This document shows, piece after piece, positions 47,507-59,373 of a DNA stretch of 64,000 nt (position 1 is its first letter; the number at the start of each line of letters is the position of its first letter). Made by a program: the position numbers and the translations under genes. The stretch is taken from contig JBHGNT010000008.1 in assembly GCA_043228905.1 (NCBI GenBank), positions 15,314,001 to 15,378,000 of the forward strand, written 5' to 3'. The notes under the pieces are model-generated. The model saw only the letters and a program-made list of their open reading frames with translations, was not told the DNA's origin and ran no database searches. Source of the stretch: Azolla caroliniana. Lineage: Eukaryota > Plantae > Polypodiophyta.

Positions 47507-50013
47507 ACGGTAATCTACAACGAGACGAAGTGATCCATCCTTTTTCTTGACGAAGAAAATGGGTGCGCCGGCTAGAGATTTCAAATGCCGAATGAAACCA
47601 TTTTCCAAATTCTCCTCTATATAGGGCCGGAGGACTTCTAGCTCAGTTGGTGACAAATTGTAGATGTGTCCCCATGGTGGCTCTTTCCCCGGTTGTAAAT
47701 CGATGGGGCAATCATACGGTCAATGGTGAGGAAGCGTATTGGCTTGTACTTTATCGAACACATCGGCATAATGATGATACTTCTTTGGAAGTTGAACGGT
47801 GGACTCCTTTTTAATGGTGTCTGAGGTCTTTATTGATATTGCGAAGAGAAACATTTCTTCCTTACGTCCTTCTTCCCGCTACTGATGTAGCGAAATGGTT
47901 GCAATCTCATGAGTAGACCCTCGGGCTTTTCAATACCGGATTTATCTTGTTCTCCAATCTATGTCTGGGTTATGTAATTCGAACCATGGTAATCCTTAAA
48001 CAATGGGGTGTTCTGGGATGCTAATTATATTAAATGATACTACACATGCTAGATTATCTAGGACAATATTAACGGGCTCTGACTCTTCTATGATATTTCC
48101 GGAAGCAATGGGACGACCATCAATGACTACTACAGAGGCTGGACACAGGAGTTTTCTGAGTGATATCTGATGAGCTTAGGCAAAGTTCCTATCCATGAAT
48201 CAAGAATTAGCTCCGGAATCTAGAAGTGCTAAGACATGTACTGGAGGGGTACTTTTAGTACTAACTGTTACTTGGACTACGAACACATTGCTAACTTGCT
48301 TAGAGGGAATGGAACCACTAATGGGTTGCACAGATCTAGGGCTGTCCAACCAAACAACTCCTATTTTGGCTGGACTTAGTTGTTTAACTCTTCTTCTAAC
48401 TGACTAAGGACATCAAATTTGGTCGCTAGATTTGGGCTATTAGGACTATTAGGACTATCAAATATCCCTACTAAAATAGAATCGGAGAACAATCAAAACT
48501 AGCAACTATTTGGTTTACCTGCCTTCTTGGCCTATGGGGACAATTTACCGCAATATGCCCTTTTCCACCGCAATAAAGACATAGTCAGTTTGCTCGGCGT
48601 CGTTGCTTTTCTTCTTCCGATAGCGGTCCACAATGACGTGTAGTGTCAATTTCCATCAGAGTTGGAGTACTTACTTGAGGCGCATTATATGACTTCCTCG
48701 GAAAAGGTTTCGCTACCACTAAGGTGTGGGTAGGCTCAGATCTTGCCCTTGGCATCTGGAACTGACGTTCCGAACGTCATTTGAAGAGGCGATTGTCACA
48801 TTTAACTACGCGACTAATTGCTTCTGTTAATGACTTTGGTTCTTCGGGAAAGATCAAGAGTATATCTTTGACATCGTTACATAGACAATAACGAAATGCC
48901 TCCATTAACGCTTGATCATCCCAGTGGATATCGGAGGCGAGTAGACGAAAATCTGTAGCATATGTGGAGGCTGGACGATCGCCTTGACGTAGTCATCGGA
49001 TTTAATTGATTATTGTCCTTATGCTGTCAGTATCTCCAAAACAGGCTTTAAACTCACGTATAAACTCTTCAAAATTGTTTAGTAATGGAGATTCTTTTTC
49101 TAACAGCGGAGCGAACCATGCCAACGTTGAGCCACTTAACAACGTGCCTACTAAACCCACTCGTGATGCATCGGTTGGATAACGGGAAGGATGCATTTCA
49201 ATAACTAGTCGTACCTGATTAAGGAACCCTCTAAACTGCCATCGCGTTCCAACGAATTTCATGGGAAGGCCAATCTTGGGTTCTTTATGAATCCCTTCTG
49301 TTCCGGGTACTTGTTGTTGCATCGCTATGATGGTTGCTTCGAGTTGTTGCACGCGTAACGCAAGTTCCCGATGTTGTTGCGTTTGAGGCTTTTCTAAGGA
49401 GATTTGTTGAAGATCCCCGAGCAACCGTTGATTTTCTTGTTCCAAAGCAAGGAACTTCTCTTTCAAGCATTGCAACTCCAAGAAAACAGATTGATATTCT
49501 TGAGCGCTAACAGTGGCCATGGGATGAGAGGAAAGAGGAATAAGAGATTAGTATGAAGGGAGGGAGACAGAACAGGGGAAATCAGTTCAAACTATTAGGA
49601 TCAGTACTAAGACAGAGAAGAAATTAGTACTAAAAGATGAGGATTAGTACTAAGAGAGATGTAGAACTCTCGAGAGAAGGAAAGAGTGAGCGAGAGAGAG
49701 AGAGAGAGAAAGGGTGAGAGAGAATGATGATATATATTATGTGAAGAGAGTATACAATAGTAGCTAGGAGGCTTAAGACTGGCGTTGAATAGATTTGGTT
49801 CGAAATAATGCCTTCTGCCTCCTTTTATAGTGTTCTCAGGAGTACTCCTGAAGTTTCTTGAATGTTCCAGATAAATCTGGAATATACATCAATTTTCTAT
49901 AATAAAACATAAATGAAAATAATATTCTATGTATTACAATGTATGGTCTAATGGTTAAGAGCTCAACCCATCTAGCATAAGGTCATGGGTTTGAGTCTTG
50001 CCGTATCATGACA
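47507..50013 (-). mobile_element. Tcn1/sushi-like chromovirus G: 5' LTR (~49585-50013), gag, protease, RT start (degenerate)
   Basis: EPKIGLP..FRGFLNQVRL gag; CLYCGGKGH; LLDSGA; GAPIFFVKKKDGSLRLVVDYR; LTR start TGTCATG at 50013. No tRNA PBS seen. Confidence 0.85.
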
Positions 50014-50901
50014 GGAACAATGCCTTTTCCAAAATTTACAGAAATATCCTAGACCTAGTGTGTCAAATAGGACAACGTGAATACATCCATTAGAGACTCC
50101 TATTCGACAGAAAGGACCGACTAGCATGGAGTATAGGGTGGTTTGTGCCATAATGAAGGGTTGGTCTTAATGCAACCGAAAATGTTGGATGAACAGCTAC
50201 GACAACTAGCTGTTTTGAAACCCTAGGATTAGAAGCGAAGATGGTATGATGCTTGGATAGAAAAAATACTTGCCTTGGGGGAGCATGTTAGGACACAAGG
50301 TTAGGTTGGTAAGAGATTGGGAGGTTTTCAGCATGAAGAGGCGGGAGGGTCAGGCTGGTAGCAATAGGTTTACTGGACGACTAACGAAGGTGACCCAGTT
50401 GATAGATAAGGTCATTGATGGATTAGGTAAGTTGAATGCAGAAGAGGGAATTGGTGGAAGTCAAGCTCCTACTTGGAAGGACGTGAACACATGACATACG
50501 TGTTCATAGTTATTTGGTTTAACCATAATACCATTATTGATTTATTATGTTATGTTATTTAATAGTCAATATTAGTTAATGATAAAGGTAATTGCATGTC
50601 ATAATGTATGCATGCAAAAGTGGTGTGCATGCAAAAAGCATGTCTGACAAATGGTGTTCATGCCAAAGTTCTTCACTAGTATAAACGAAGGCTATAGAGT
50701 TTTGAGTGTAGAATAATCATAAATGTAAGAGGTCTTCCTCCCTATATTATATACATATATCTTTTCATTCTTATACTATGATAGATTGAATCTTTCCTCT
50801 ATATATACATCATTTGTTAATGTCTATGTTTCTATCTCTATACATGTATGTTATTTATTGATCTTGGAAGCCTACTATGTGTTTCGTTGTGCATGTAGCA
50901 T

Positions 50902-51940
50902 TGTCAAAACTCTAACAGGAATTTGGTCAAGTTGGTGTAACCGAAAAGTAGACACGGCTCAATACTAAGAGAGTGTGAGAGAGATCATAGACAAGATAAT
51001 AAGAAAGAGAGAGAGAAAGTAGTCAAGAGAACAAGAACTGAATTATGATTCCGTAACTGGTGTTGTTCACCTTGACTAAGGCCAACGTGAACCCCTATAT
51101 TTATACATGTTTATGGGCTCTAAATGTAGCCCCATACAAAGATTCATTTTCATGCACAAGCTTCTAGAATGTTCTAGCTTCTGGAGCTTTCCGGAAGCTT
51201 CTAAAATCTTACATGTAGAAGAGATCATCTAGAATAATCTAGTAAAGTAACATGATTATGTATTGGATGTATTGGTTAAAACATATCGATTAAATACAGT
51301 AGGTCAAGAGTTCGAATCATGACATGATTGTTGTCATGTCTATGAAATTATCCCCTTGCTAAGGCCGCCTCCGAAGATGCCTCCCCGGTTTTTGTGGATA
51401 TTGGTGATGAAATGCATGAACAACATCCATTGCAATCTCCAAGTCTTGGGTTGGTTCCCAAGTTGCTTCTGAAATGGGATACCCTTTCCATAAGACTAAG
51501 TATTGAAGTTGTCATTGATGCCAACGAGAGTCCAGAATCTTGTCCACCTCATACTCCTCACTTGTAGAAAGCTCAATTGGAGGTGGAGGTGGAGGTGGAG
51601 AGTGATGATAAGGTTCGAGAAGAGAGGCATGGAAGACATTATGAATCCGGAAATGTGGAGGAACTTCCAACCGGAAAGTGACGGGATTGACACAGTCAAT
51701 GATGCGGAAAGGCCCCAACTTCTTGTAATCCAACTTTCCGCAAGGTCGAGTAGTATTGACATGGCGACGTAAGAGCCAAACTTGATCACCAATTGCAAAG
51801 GCGGGTGTAGCGGAACGATGTCGATCATCTTGCGCTTTATACCGGTCCCTTGCAAGGATGAGTTCGAAGGAGAGGTCTTGATGAATGTCCGCTAAAATAC
51901 GAGCACGTTGTTGTGATGTTGCGTGTCCAATGGGAGAAAT
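50902..51940 (-). mobile_element. Tcn1-like chromovirus P: integrase end, chromodomain, PPT, 3' LTR (50902-51347)
   Basis: KLGPFRI, IHNVFHASLLEPY, EEYEVDKILDSR..YLVLWKGYP..ATWEP chromodomain; AGCAAGGGGATAA PPT; LTR ends TGACA. Confidence 0.88.
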
Positions 51941-53639
51941 TGTGAAATAGTGTAGTTCCACGCACATACACAAACAATTATAAATATGAAAATTATCCTA
52001 GGGCCTAGTGGCATTTGATTGCATATAGAGGGGTGCAAGCAAGATTTGAACCTTGCACCTCAAAGATAGAAAACATTTATCTTACCATTAAGGCCACTTC
52101 CAAGTACTTGCAAATGTATTTCATTTCATATTCAAAAGGCATAGGAAAACAACCATACAAAACCGTGTGCACAAGAAAAGAAATACCAGTTTGTGCATGG
52201 TTTTGTGCATGTTAGAAGCATGGATAGACCTATAAAAACCCTCGTAAGGCTTGTGTAAAAGGGGGGATCAATTTGGAGATCATCATCATCAATAATAATA
52301 TAATACTCTTCTTATTCTTCTTCTTCACATCTATCTTCTTCTCAAGTATAAAAATCTTCGATCTTCTCAAGTGTAACATTGGTTTCCTCAACTCCTACAT
52401 AAACATAATCATCTTTTGGACAATTTCGCAAACATACTCCCCGGTCCAAGACCTTAGTGGTCCTGCTCAAGCGAAGCACACACGCACGCGCATCTTCGCG
52501 ACATCTATTTGGTGAACCCGATGTGAAGAGCATTAGGGGAGGATGAAGATGGACGAGGAATATCTCATGAAGGCAATGTCGAAAATGATGATGGAGCGAG
52601 AAGGTAAGAGGTGAGATGCGTCCCAACAAGCCATTGAAAGCGTGGTCAGCGAGTCGGCTATTTCGACGGGGGCATAGTCCAAAGTTTTCTAGACACCTAC
52701 AATGCTGAGATGGATTTGAGAGGTGTAAATGAAGCTATGAGGCTGGAGTACTTTTGTCGGGTGGTGGTTGAACCGATCTACAAAGAGATGAAAGAGCTTC
52801 GAGAAGCTCATGATTCGTGGGTGACTTTCACGGAGGCTCTATTGAAGGAATATGGCTACAAGAGACTGAAGGGACGAGGTCGACGTGAGTTCGACCAGTG
52901 GGTGGCATCAATGAAGACCCACCAAGGTGCAACACAAGCATTCCTAGACTTCGAGCGTCGTTTTTCTCAACTGTCAGAGCATGAACAAAGATTGGTGGGG
53001 GTGGATAAGGTCTTGTTGTTCATGAAGTCAATCAATCGAAGTGAAAGGATGGCCATTGGACTCAAACTCGAAGAAGATTATGGTGCAAATGGCCTCACCG
53101 AGGATTGGAGAAAAGTGGAAAGAGTATGCCGACTACATGATAAGAGGAAGACGAGATTCTCTTCAGCAACAACACAACCCACGAGGGATTGTGAAATAGT
53201 GTAGTTCCACGCACATACACAAACGATTATAAATATGAAAATTATCCTAGGGCTTAGTGGCATTTGATTGCATATAGAGGGGTGCAAGCAAGATTTGAAC
53301 CTTGCACCTCAAAGATAGAAAACATTTATCTTACCATTAAGGCCACTTCCAAGTACTTGCAAATGTTATGTATTTCATTTCATATTCAAAAGGCATAGGA
53401 AAACAACCATACAAAACCGTGTGCACAAGAAAAGAAATACCGGTTTGTGCATGGTTTTGTGCATGTTAGAAGCATGGATAGACCTATAAAAACCCTCGTA
53501 AGGCTTGTGTAAAAGGGGGGGGGGTCAATTTGGAGATCATCATCATCAATAATAATATAATACTCTTCTTATTCTTCTTCTTCACATCTATCTTCTTCTC
53601 AAGTATAAAAATCTTCGATCTTCTCAAGTGTGACATTAG
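51941..53639 (+). mobile_element. Miniature gag-only LTR element F (5' LTR 51941-52503, tRNA-Trp PBS 52510-52527, partial gag, 3' LTR from 53190 interrupted by Q)
   Basis: Near-identical direct repeats 51941-52383 and 53190-53639. PBS TGGTGAACCCGATGTGAA. Gag 52710-53204 is homologous to E and H. Confidence 0.88.
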
Positions 53640-56600
53640 TGTTAGCCAGTAGGCAAGGGGTGGAGGACAGTGGAGGAGGAATTATCGGAAGCTGTTATTA
53701 GAATAATTAGTAATTAAGTATATTTTGAGAAGTGAACGGACAGACTGGAATTGGTATGCCGATCCGGATCCAGACCCGTTCATACCAGTGTGTCGATTGA
53801 CATTGTTTTGTATGTAGAGCCGGTGATCTATAAAAAGGCCCGGTTACATTGTAAATCATGACGGATAATTAATAAAGCTCTATTGTCTTATCTCTGTGTA
53901 TTGATTACCGTTATGTGCTAATTGCTTTCTATCTTACGCGTGTATTAAGATTCATGATATGTTGCTTAAGTAGCCGATTAAGGTCTGATCAATCGTTAGT
54001 CTAAGTTACCTCGCCATAACACCCTTTGGTGAAGTGTCTTCTGTACACACCCTATGTTAGGCTATTGTCTGGCCCTTAGGAGTAACACAGTTTTTGGTGA
54101 CCATGATTCCTGCATAAACGCAGTGAACAGCGGCAGGAACGGATGACTAGACCAATGAGCGGGCCGGTTACGGATCGAGCAAGGAGACTCGCTGAGCGGC
54201 TGCGGAAGCGAGAGGCCTTCTAGCAGGCGGCGAAAGAGATTCGTGCAGATCAATCATTTTCCAAAGTGATCCGGCGAGTGGCCGAGGAGTCACTCCGTTT
54301 GCAACAAGATTTCCACCTCGACGAAGGAAGTAGCTTAAGTAGTCTTCGAGAAGCGAAATCCCTTCTACAAGCATTAGCTGCAAGAGAAGGCGATTCAAAA
54401 CCGTTTTCGGCCTTTGAATCGGACTCGGAAGACGAATATAGCGCTTATTCCAATTACCGTAGCAGTCATGACATCCCAGACGGACCGGAGGACGAGGAAT
54501 CGGATACCTTACCGACACCGGAACCAGAATTGACAGAGCTGGAAGCCACAAACCGGCCAAGGACTGAGCAAACCCCGACACCTGAAGCAGAGGAGGAAAG
54601 ACCTCCCACAGAGGAAGAAAGACCTCTAACAGTGGAGGAGGAGAGACCCCTGACGAAGGAGGAGGAAAGACCTCCGACACCACTAGCCCGCGTTCCAACA
54701 CCGGAAGACGGCATGCCGTTTCAATATCCCAAGTACCGGGATGATCCGGATGCAGAGGCCCACGTCTATGCATTTCAGCAGACCTAGGAAGTGAATCATG
54801 TGTCACAACGCTTAATCGCGGCTGAAGCAGAATGCTCAAAGATGGCGGAGTTCAGCATGACCCTGGAAGGGCCCGCCGCTAGATGGAGCCTGACGCAAGA
54901 TTCCAGAACCATCACGACATTTGAGGCATTGAAAACTAAATTCTTACACTTTTTTCACAAAGAGGTGGATCAACGGGAAATGGTTGGCCTATTTTATACC
55001 ATCCGCTAGGAGCCCATGGAGAACATTCAACAATTTGTAATCCGATTCCAGAGAATGCACAACCAGCTCAATCGGGCGCCACTGGAGGAAGAGAATAAGG
55101 CGATATTCCTAGCAGCACTCCGGGAACCCCTACGAACAGTGTGCACAGTCATTAATTTCCGCACAAGTTCCGTCGACCAGGTCATAGACCGAGTCGGGGA
55201 AATGGAAAACTCCAGCTCGTGGCTGACGATGGGGGCACTCCAACGAATGTTACCAACCGATGAAGAACTCCGATTTCGACAAGCAATTCAATGTACGACT
55301 TGCCTGAATGCCGGACACTCGGCGCTGGAGTGCACCATGCATTCTCAATGCCAGCTTTGCCATTCTAGAAACCACACAATGGATCGGTGTGAGTATAACT
55401 TGTTGAATCGGCAAGCGCCACCGGTTCGGCAAATCGAACCACGGAGCAACTAGGAGGAGGAAGAAGAACGTTGGCGGTGAGAGGAGTGTTACCGGTCGGC
55501 ACAAGATATCTGGTACAGTGATCGAAGAGACGCTTATGACCGCGACTGGTATGATAGATATGATAGATATCGGGACTATAATGGGGAACGGAATGAGTGA
55601 CACAACCAGGATCACTCCCCCGGTTACAACCCACGAAGGGAGGACTATGGCAAGTATGATAACTGGCCCCGACAGGGTTACTGGAACAAAAAGCATTTCA
55701 ACAAAAAACGGCATTTCGATAAAAAAGGGGATCCCCAACGAGAGCCGCAAAAGGGTACACCAAGCACCCAACCGGACCAAGGCCAAGCACTTATAACAAG
55801 ACCTCCACTGGGTGCCGGAGCGAAAGCAAAATCCAGCAACACCCGGAAGGCTTACTGCTACTATTGCCGACAAGAGGGACACTATAGTAACCGATGTCCG
55901 GCGAAAAGCTATGATAAGCGACCAACATTAAACATGGTGGTAGCGGAAGTCGCGGACATACAACAAGTGACCACGAGGTCAAAAGGAAAAGCAACGGAGT
56001 GGGAAACCCAAGAAGCCATTCAGAAGCATGCCACCGAATGGGTAAAGAAGGCAAATGAGCGGAATGTGGCAGAACTGGAACAACAAAAGGAGAATCCAGA
56101 GGAGCCCACCGGCAATAGCCAGGCGGAAAACCCAACATGGCAGGCGTTGCAAGAATGCCAAATCATGTTGCCATTAGGTCGGCTATTGCAGTTAGTACCT
56201 CGGTTTACGGAAGGACTGAAGACGGGAATGACTGCGGTCGACACGCCACTGGCTCCGGCGTTCTTTTCTAATCCGGAGGAAGGACCGACGGTAGTGGACA
56301 CAAGCAGTCCGGCTATCACAGCCATCATCAAGGGACGAGAGTTACCCGGAACGATTATAGACGGAGGATCCAGCGTGAACGTGATTAGCCTCCAAACTTG
56401 TAATACCCTGGGAATCCAGGATTGGGAGCCTTGCCCGTTTTGGGTCCGGATGGCGGACACAAGTTCAGTAAGACCTACCGGATTGATACGAGATTTGGAA
56501 GTGACTATCGGAGGTCACGCATTCCGCATTTCAGCAGTAGTCCTCCAACTCAATGCACAAGGGGCATACCCACTGTTGTTGGGTCGCCCATGGCTAAACA

Positions 56601-58236
56601 CAACGCACATCAAGCAAAACTAGTGGAAAAACATAATTACTTTCCGGCGCGGCAAAGTGAAAGTATGAGTACTTACACAACCACGTTCGAGTACCGGCAA
56701 GGAGCTGACACCACTGTATTCGGAATGTGTCAACATGCTTGAAGGATTGGATGATGAAGAGGTCAATCAATACTTATAGGAGAATCCGAAAATTGTACCT
56801 TTATTTGAAATTGATGTCGTCGAAGCAGTGACACCATATATAATGCAACTGGAGGATGCCGATGAAGAACCGGATAAAGAAACCATCAGAGAGTTACGGC
56901 AAGCGTAGGAAGATTTGGAGAAGCAATTGGCAGTATCTCAATGCATAAAAGCCTCTCAGCTGGAAGAGATAAACCTAGGCACCGCAGAAGACGCAAGACC
57001 GGTTCACATCGCCAAAGAAATGACTCTAGAAAGGAAGACGACAATGATCACCTTATTAAACGAGTTCCAGGAAGTATTCACGTGGTCTTACGAGGACATG
57101 CGGGGGCTAGATCCTCAATTGTATCAACACTAGATACATCTGAGTAAGGTTGCCAAGGCGAAGGCGCAACGTCGCTACCAGATGAACCCTAACTATGCAA
57201 CAAAAGTAAAGGACGAAATCGACAAATTGTTACGAGTAGGGTTCATTCGACCAGTCAAGAAGGCGACATGGCTGAGTCCGATAGTTGTCGTACCGAAAAA
57301 GAACGGAAAAATCAGGGTATGTGTCGACTACCGGAACCAACGCCTTCCCACTCCCTTTTACGGATGGAGTCCTGGATGCGGTAACCGGTCACGAAGTTTA
57401 TAGTTTCCTAGACGGATTCAGCGGCTACAATCAGATCCGGATGCACTCCGACGACCAGGAGAAAACCGTTTTTGTTACCGAATGGGGAGTATTTGTCGCC
57501 ATAGTCATGATGTTCGGACTTAAAACGGCGTTGGCAACCTTTCAGCGGATAATCATGGAGATTTTCGGAGAATTTATTCCAGCATTCATGGAGGTGTTCC
57601 TAGACGATTTCGCCGTGTATAGCCGGGAAGGGGAACACCACCAACACCTCCGACTATGTCTTGAGAAATGTAGGGTTTACCGGTTAAGCCTTAACCCGGC
57701 GAAATGCGTGTTCGGAGTGTCAAGCGGTGCATTACTAGGCCACATCATTAGCAAGGACGGTATTGCAATAGACCCTAACAAGGTCAAAGAAATTTTGGAG
57801 GCACCGGCACCCACCACGGCGAAAGCATTGAGTCGGTTCCTAGGACAAATTCGGTGGCATACCCGGATGCTCCGGTATATGGCAGACTTGGCCACACCAT
57901 TGTATGATGTAGTGCACCGGACACTGTTTCAATGGACGAACACAGAAGAGAAGGCTTACCGGGCATTAAAAGTACTACTATCACAAGCACCGGTGGTGCA
58001 ACCTCCAGATTGGTCTAAAGAATTCCACGTATTCGTAGACGCGTCCGACATAGCAATTGGGAGCGCATTAATGCAGTGTACCGAACCGAAGTGGTACCAA
58101 CCTGTGTATTATGCCAGCCGGAAGCTGTCCCATGCGGAACGTAGTTACTCAACGACGGAAAGAGAAGCCTTGGGCATGATCTACAACGTCACCAAGTTCT
58201 GACACTATCTATTGGGGAGGAAATTTTCCTTACACG
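53640..58236 (+). mobile_element. Ty3/gypsy element Q (family of A): 5' LTR 53640-54087, gag, protease, RT, RNase H; degenerate, 3'-truncated
   Basis: TGTTAG..GTAACA; IIDGGS; WLSPIVVVPKKNGKIRVCVDYR; FLDGFSGYNQI; FLDD; FVDASD. Many TAG stops. Confidence 0.9.
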
Positions 58237-58552
58237 AGGTTGCCTATTATGATCGGCATAAAAACATTCTCTATCTTGAGCTGTTTTTATATTATCTCGT
58301 GCAATATGCAACATATCTTGCATATCCTGAAGAAAGTTTTGCGTACTTCTCAACTCATCATGATGTATATTAACATCAATCGGGGCTCGTGGCTGAAAAC
58401 CATACATCAACATAAAAGGACTATATCCCATCGATGTATGCTTGAAGCTATTATAAGCAAACTCCAAAAGTGGGAGATAACGTTCTCATTTTGTTGGTTT
58501 TGTACTAACATATGCATGGAGTATGTCCTCAATAATTTGATTTACTCATTCT
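58232..58552 (-). pseudogene. Fragment of another gypsy integrase core
   Basis: EFAYNS..GYSPFMLMYGFQPRAP; this is the insertion site of element I. Confidence 0.75.
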
Positions 58553-58632
58553 TGTTGGGAGACAGGTCCCTCCGGATGGGAAGGGAGAAGAACAGTGCCG
58601 ACAAACAATCTCGGCCGAGGCCGATAGGCCGA

Positions 58633-58860
58633 GGTGTGAACCAAATGAGGAGTACCCGGCTACGGAGAGCCGGATGGTGCAGGCCCGATGTGAACCGGAT
58701 GAGGAGTACCCGGCTACGGAGAGCCGGATGGTGCAAGCCCGGTGTGAACCGGATGAGGAGTACCCGGCTACGGAGAGCCAGATGGTGTAGGCCCGGTGAG
58801 AACCAGATGAGGAGCACCCGGCTACGGAGAGCCGGATGACGTAGACCTGGTACGAACCGG
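58633..58860 (+). repeat. 4 x 54-bp tandem repeat in U3 of the I LTR (repeated at ~63496-63723)
   Basis: Units start at 58633, 58687, 58741 and 58795: GGTGTGAACCGGATGAGGAGTACCCGGCTACGGAGAGCCGGATGGTGCAGGCCC. Confidence 0.92.
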
Positions 58861-59373
58861 AGGAAGAGACATATTCGTAAATATGTTTTTGAGAGCTCAT
58901 CGAGGCTACATTTGTAAATAGCCGAAAAAGTCATATTAGTATAAATATGACTTAGGGAAAACTTTTAGGGTTGTTATTTTTGTTGTTATTTTTGGTGGTT
59001 GTTATTCTTGTTGGTGCAAGAATAGAGAGAGCACGTAACAGTGTACAGAGAGAGGGAGAGAGAGAAAGAGGTTGCTGCCTTTGTTGGAACCGCCGCCTGT
59101 GGCGAAGATCGTGAGCACGAGGTCGCTGCCTCCGTGAACTTACTGTTTTGTACATTACTACATAGTGACAGTTTGCAGCCTGTGGGCTGCCATGGATTTT
59201 TCCCCTAGTTTGGGGTTTTCCACGTAAACCTCCTGTGTATCTTCCTCTTCTCTGTGTCGTGCATTATTTCTCGTTTTTTCTGTGTGTCATTCTAAGCTCG
59301 GTTGTGGCCGAGCGTTGTGCATAAGGAGCGTTGAGTTCCCGTCAGGTGGTATCAGAGCGAATCGACACAGAAA

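Noticed and set aside
49570-49800. Tf1-style self-priming PBS in chromovirus G
   Set aside because: Complementarity to the presumed transcript start is only about 10 of 13 in this decayed copy; insufficient.
50014-50901. Unassigned segment possibly holding a PPT and LTR start near 50481
   Set aside because: No paired terminus, TSD or coding motif supports a call.
58633-58860. Regular repeats resembling a CRISPR array
   Set aside because: Contiguous 54-bp tandem units without unique spacers, inside an LTR, with no cas genes and in a eukaryotic context.
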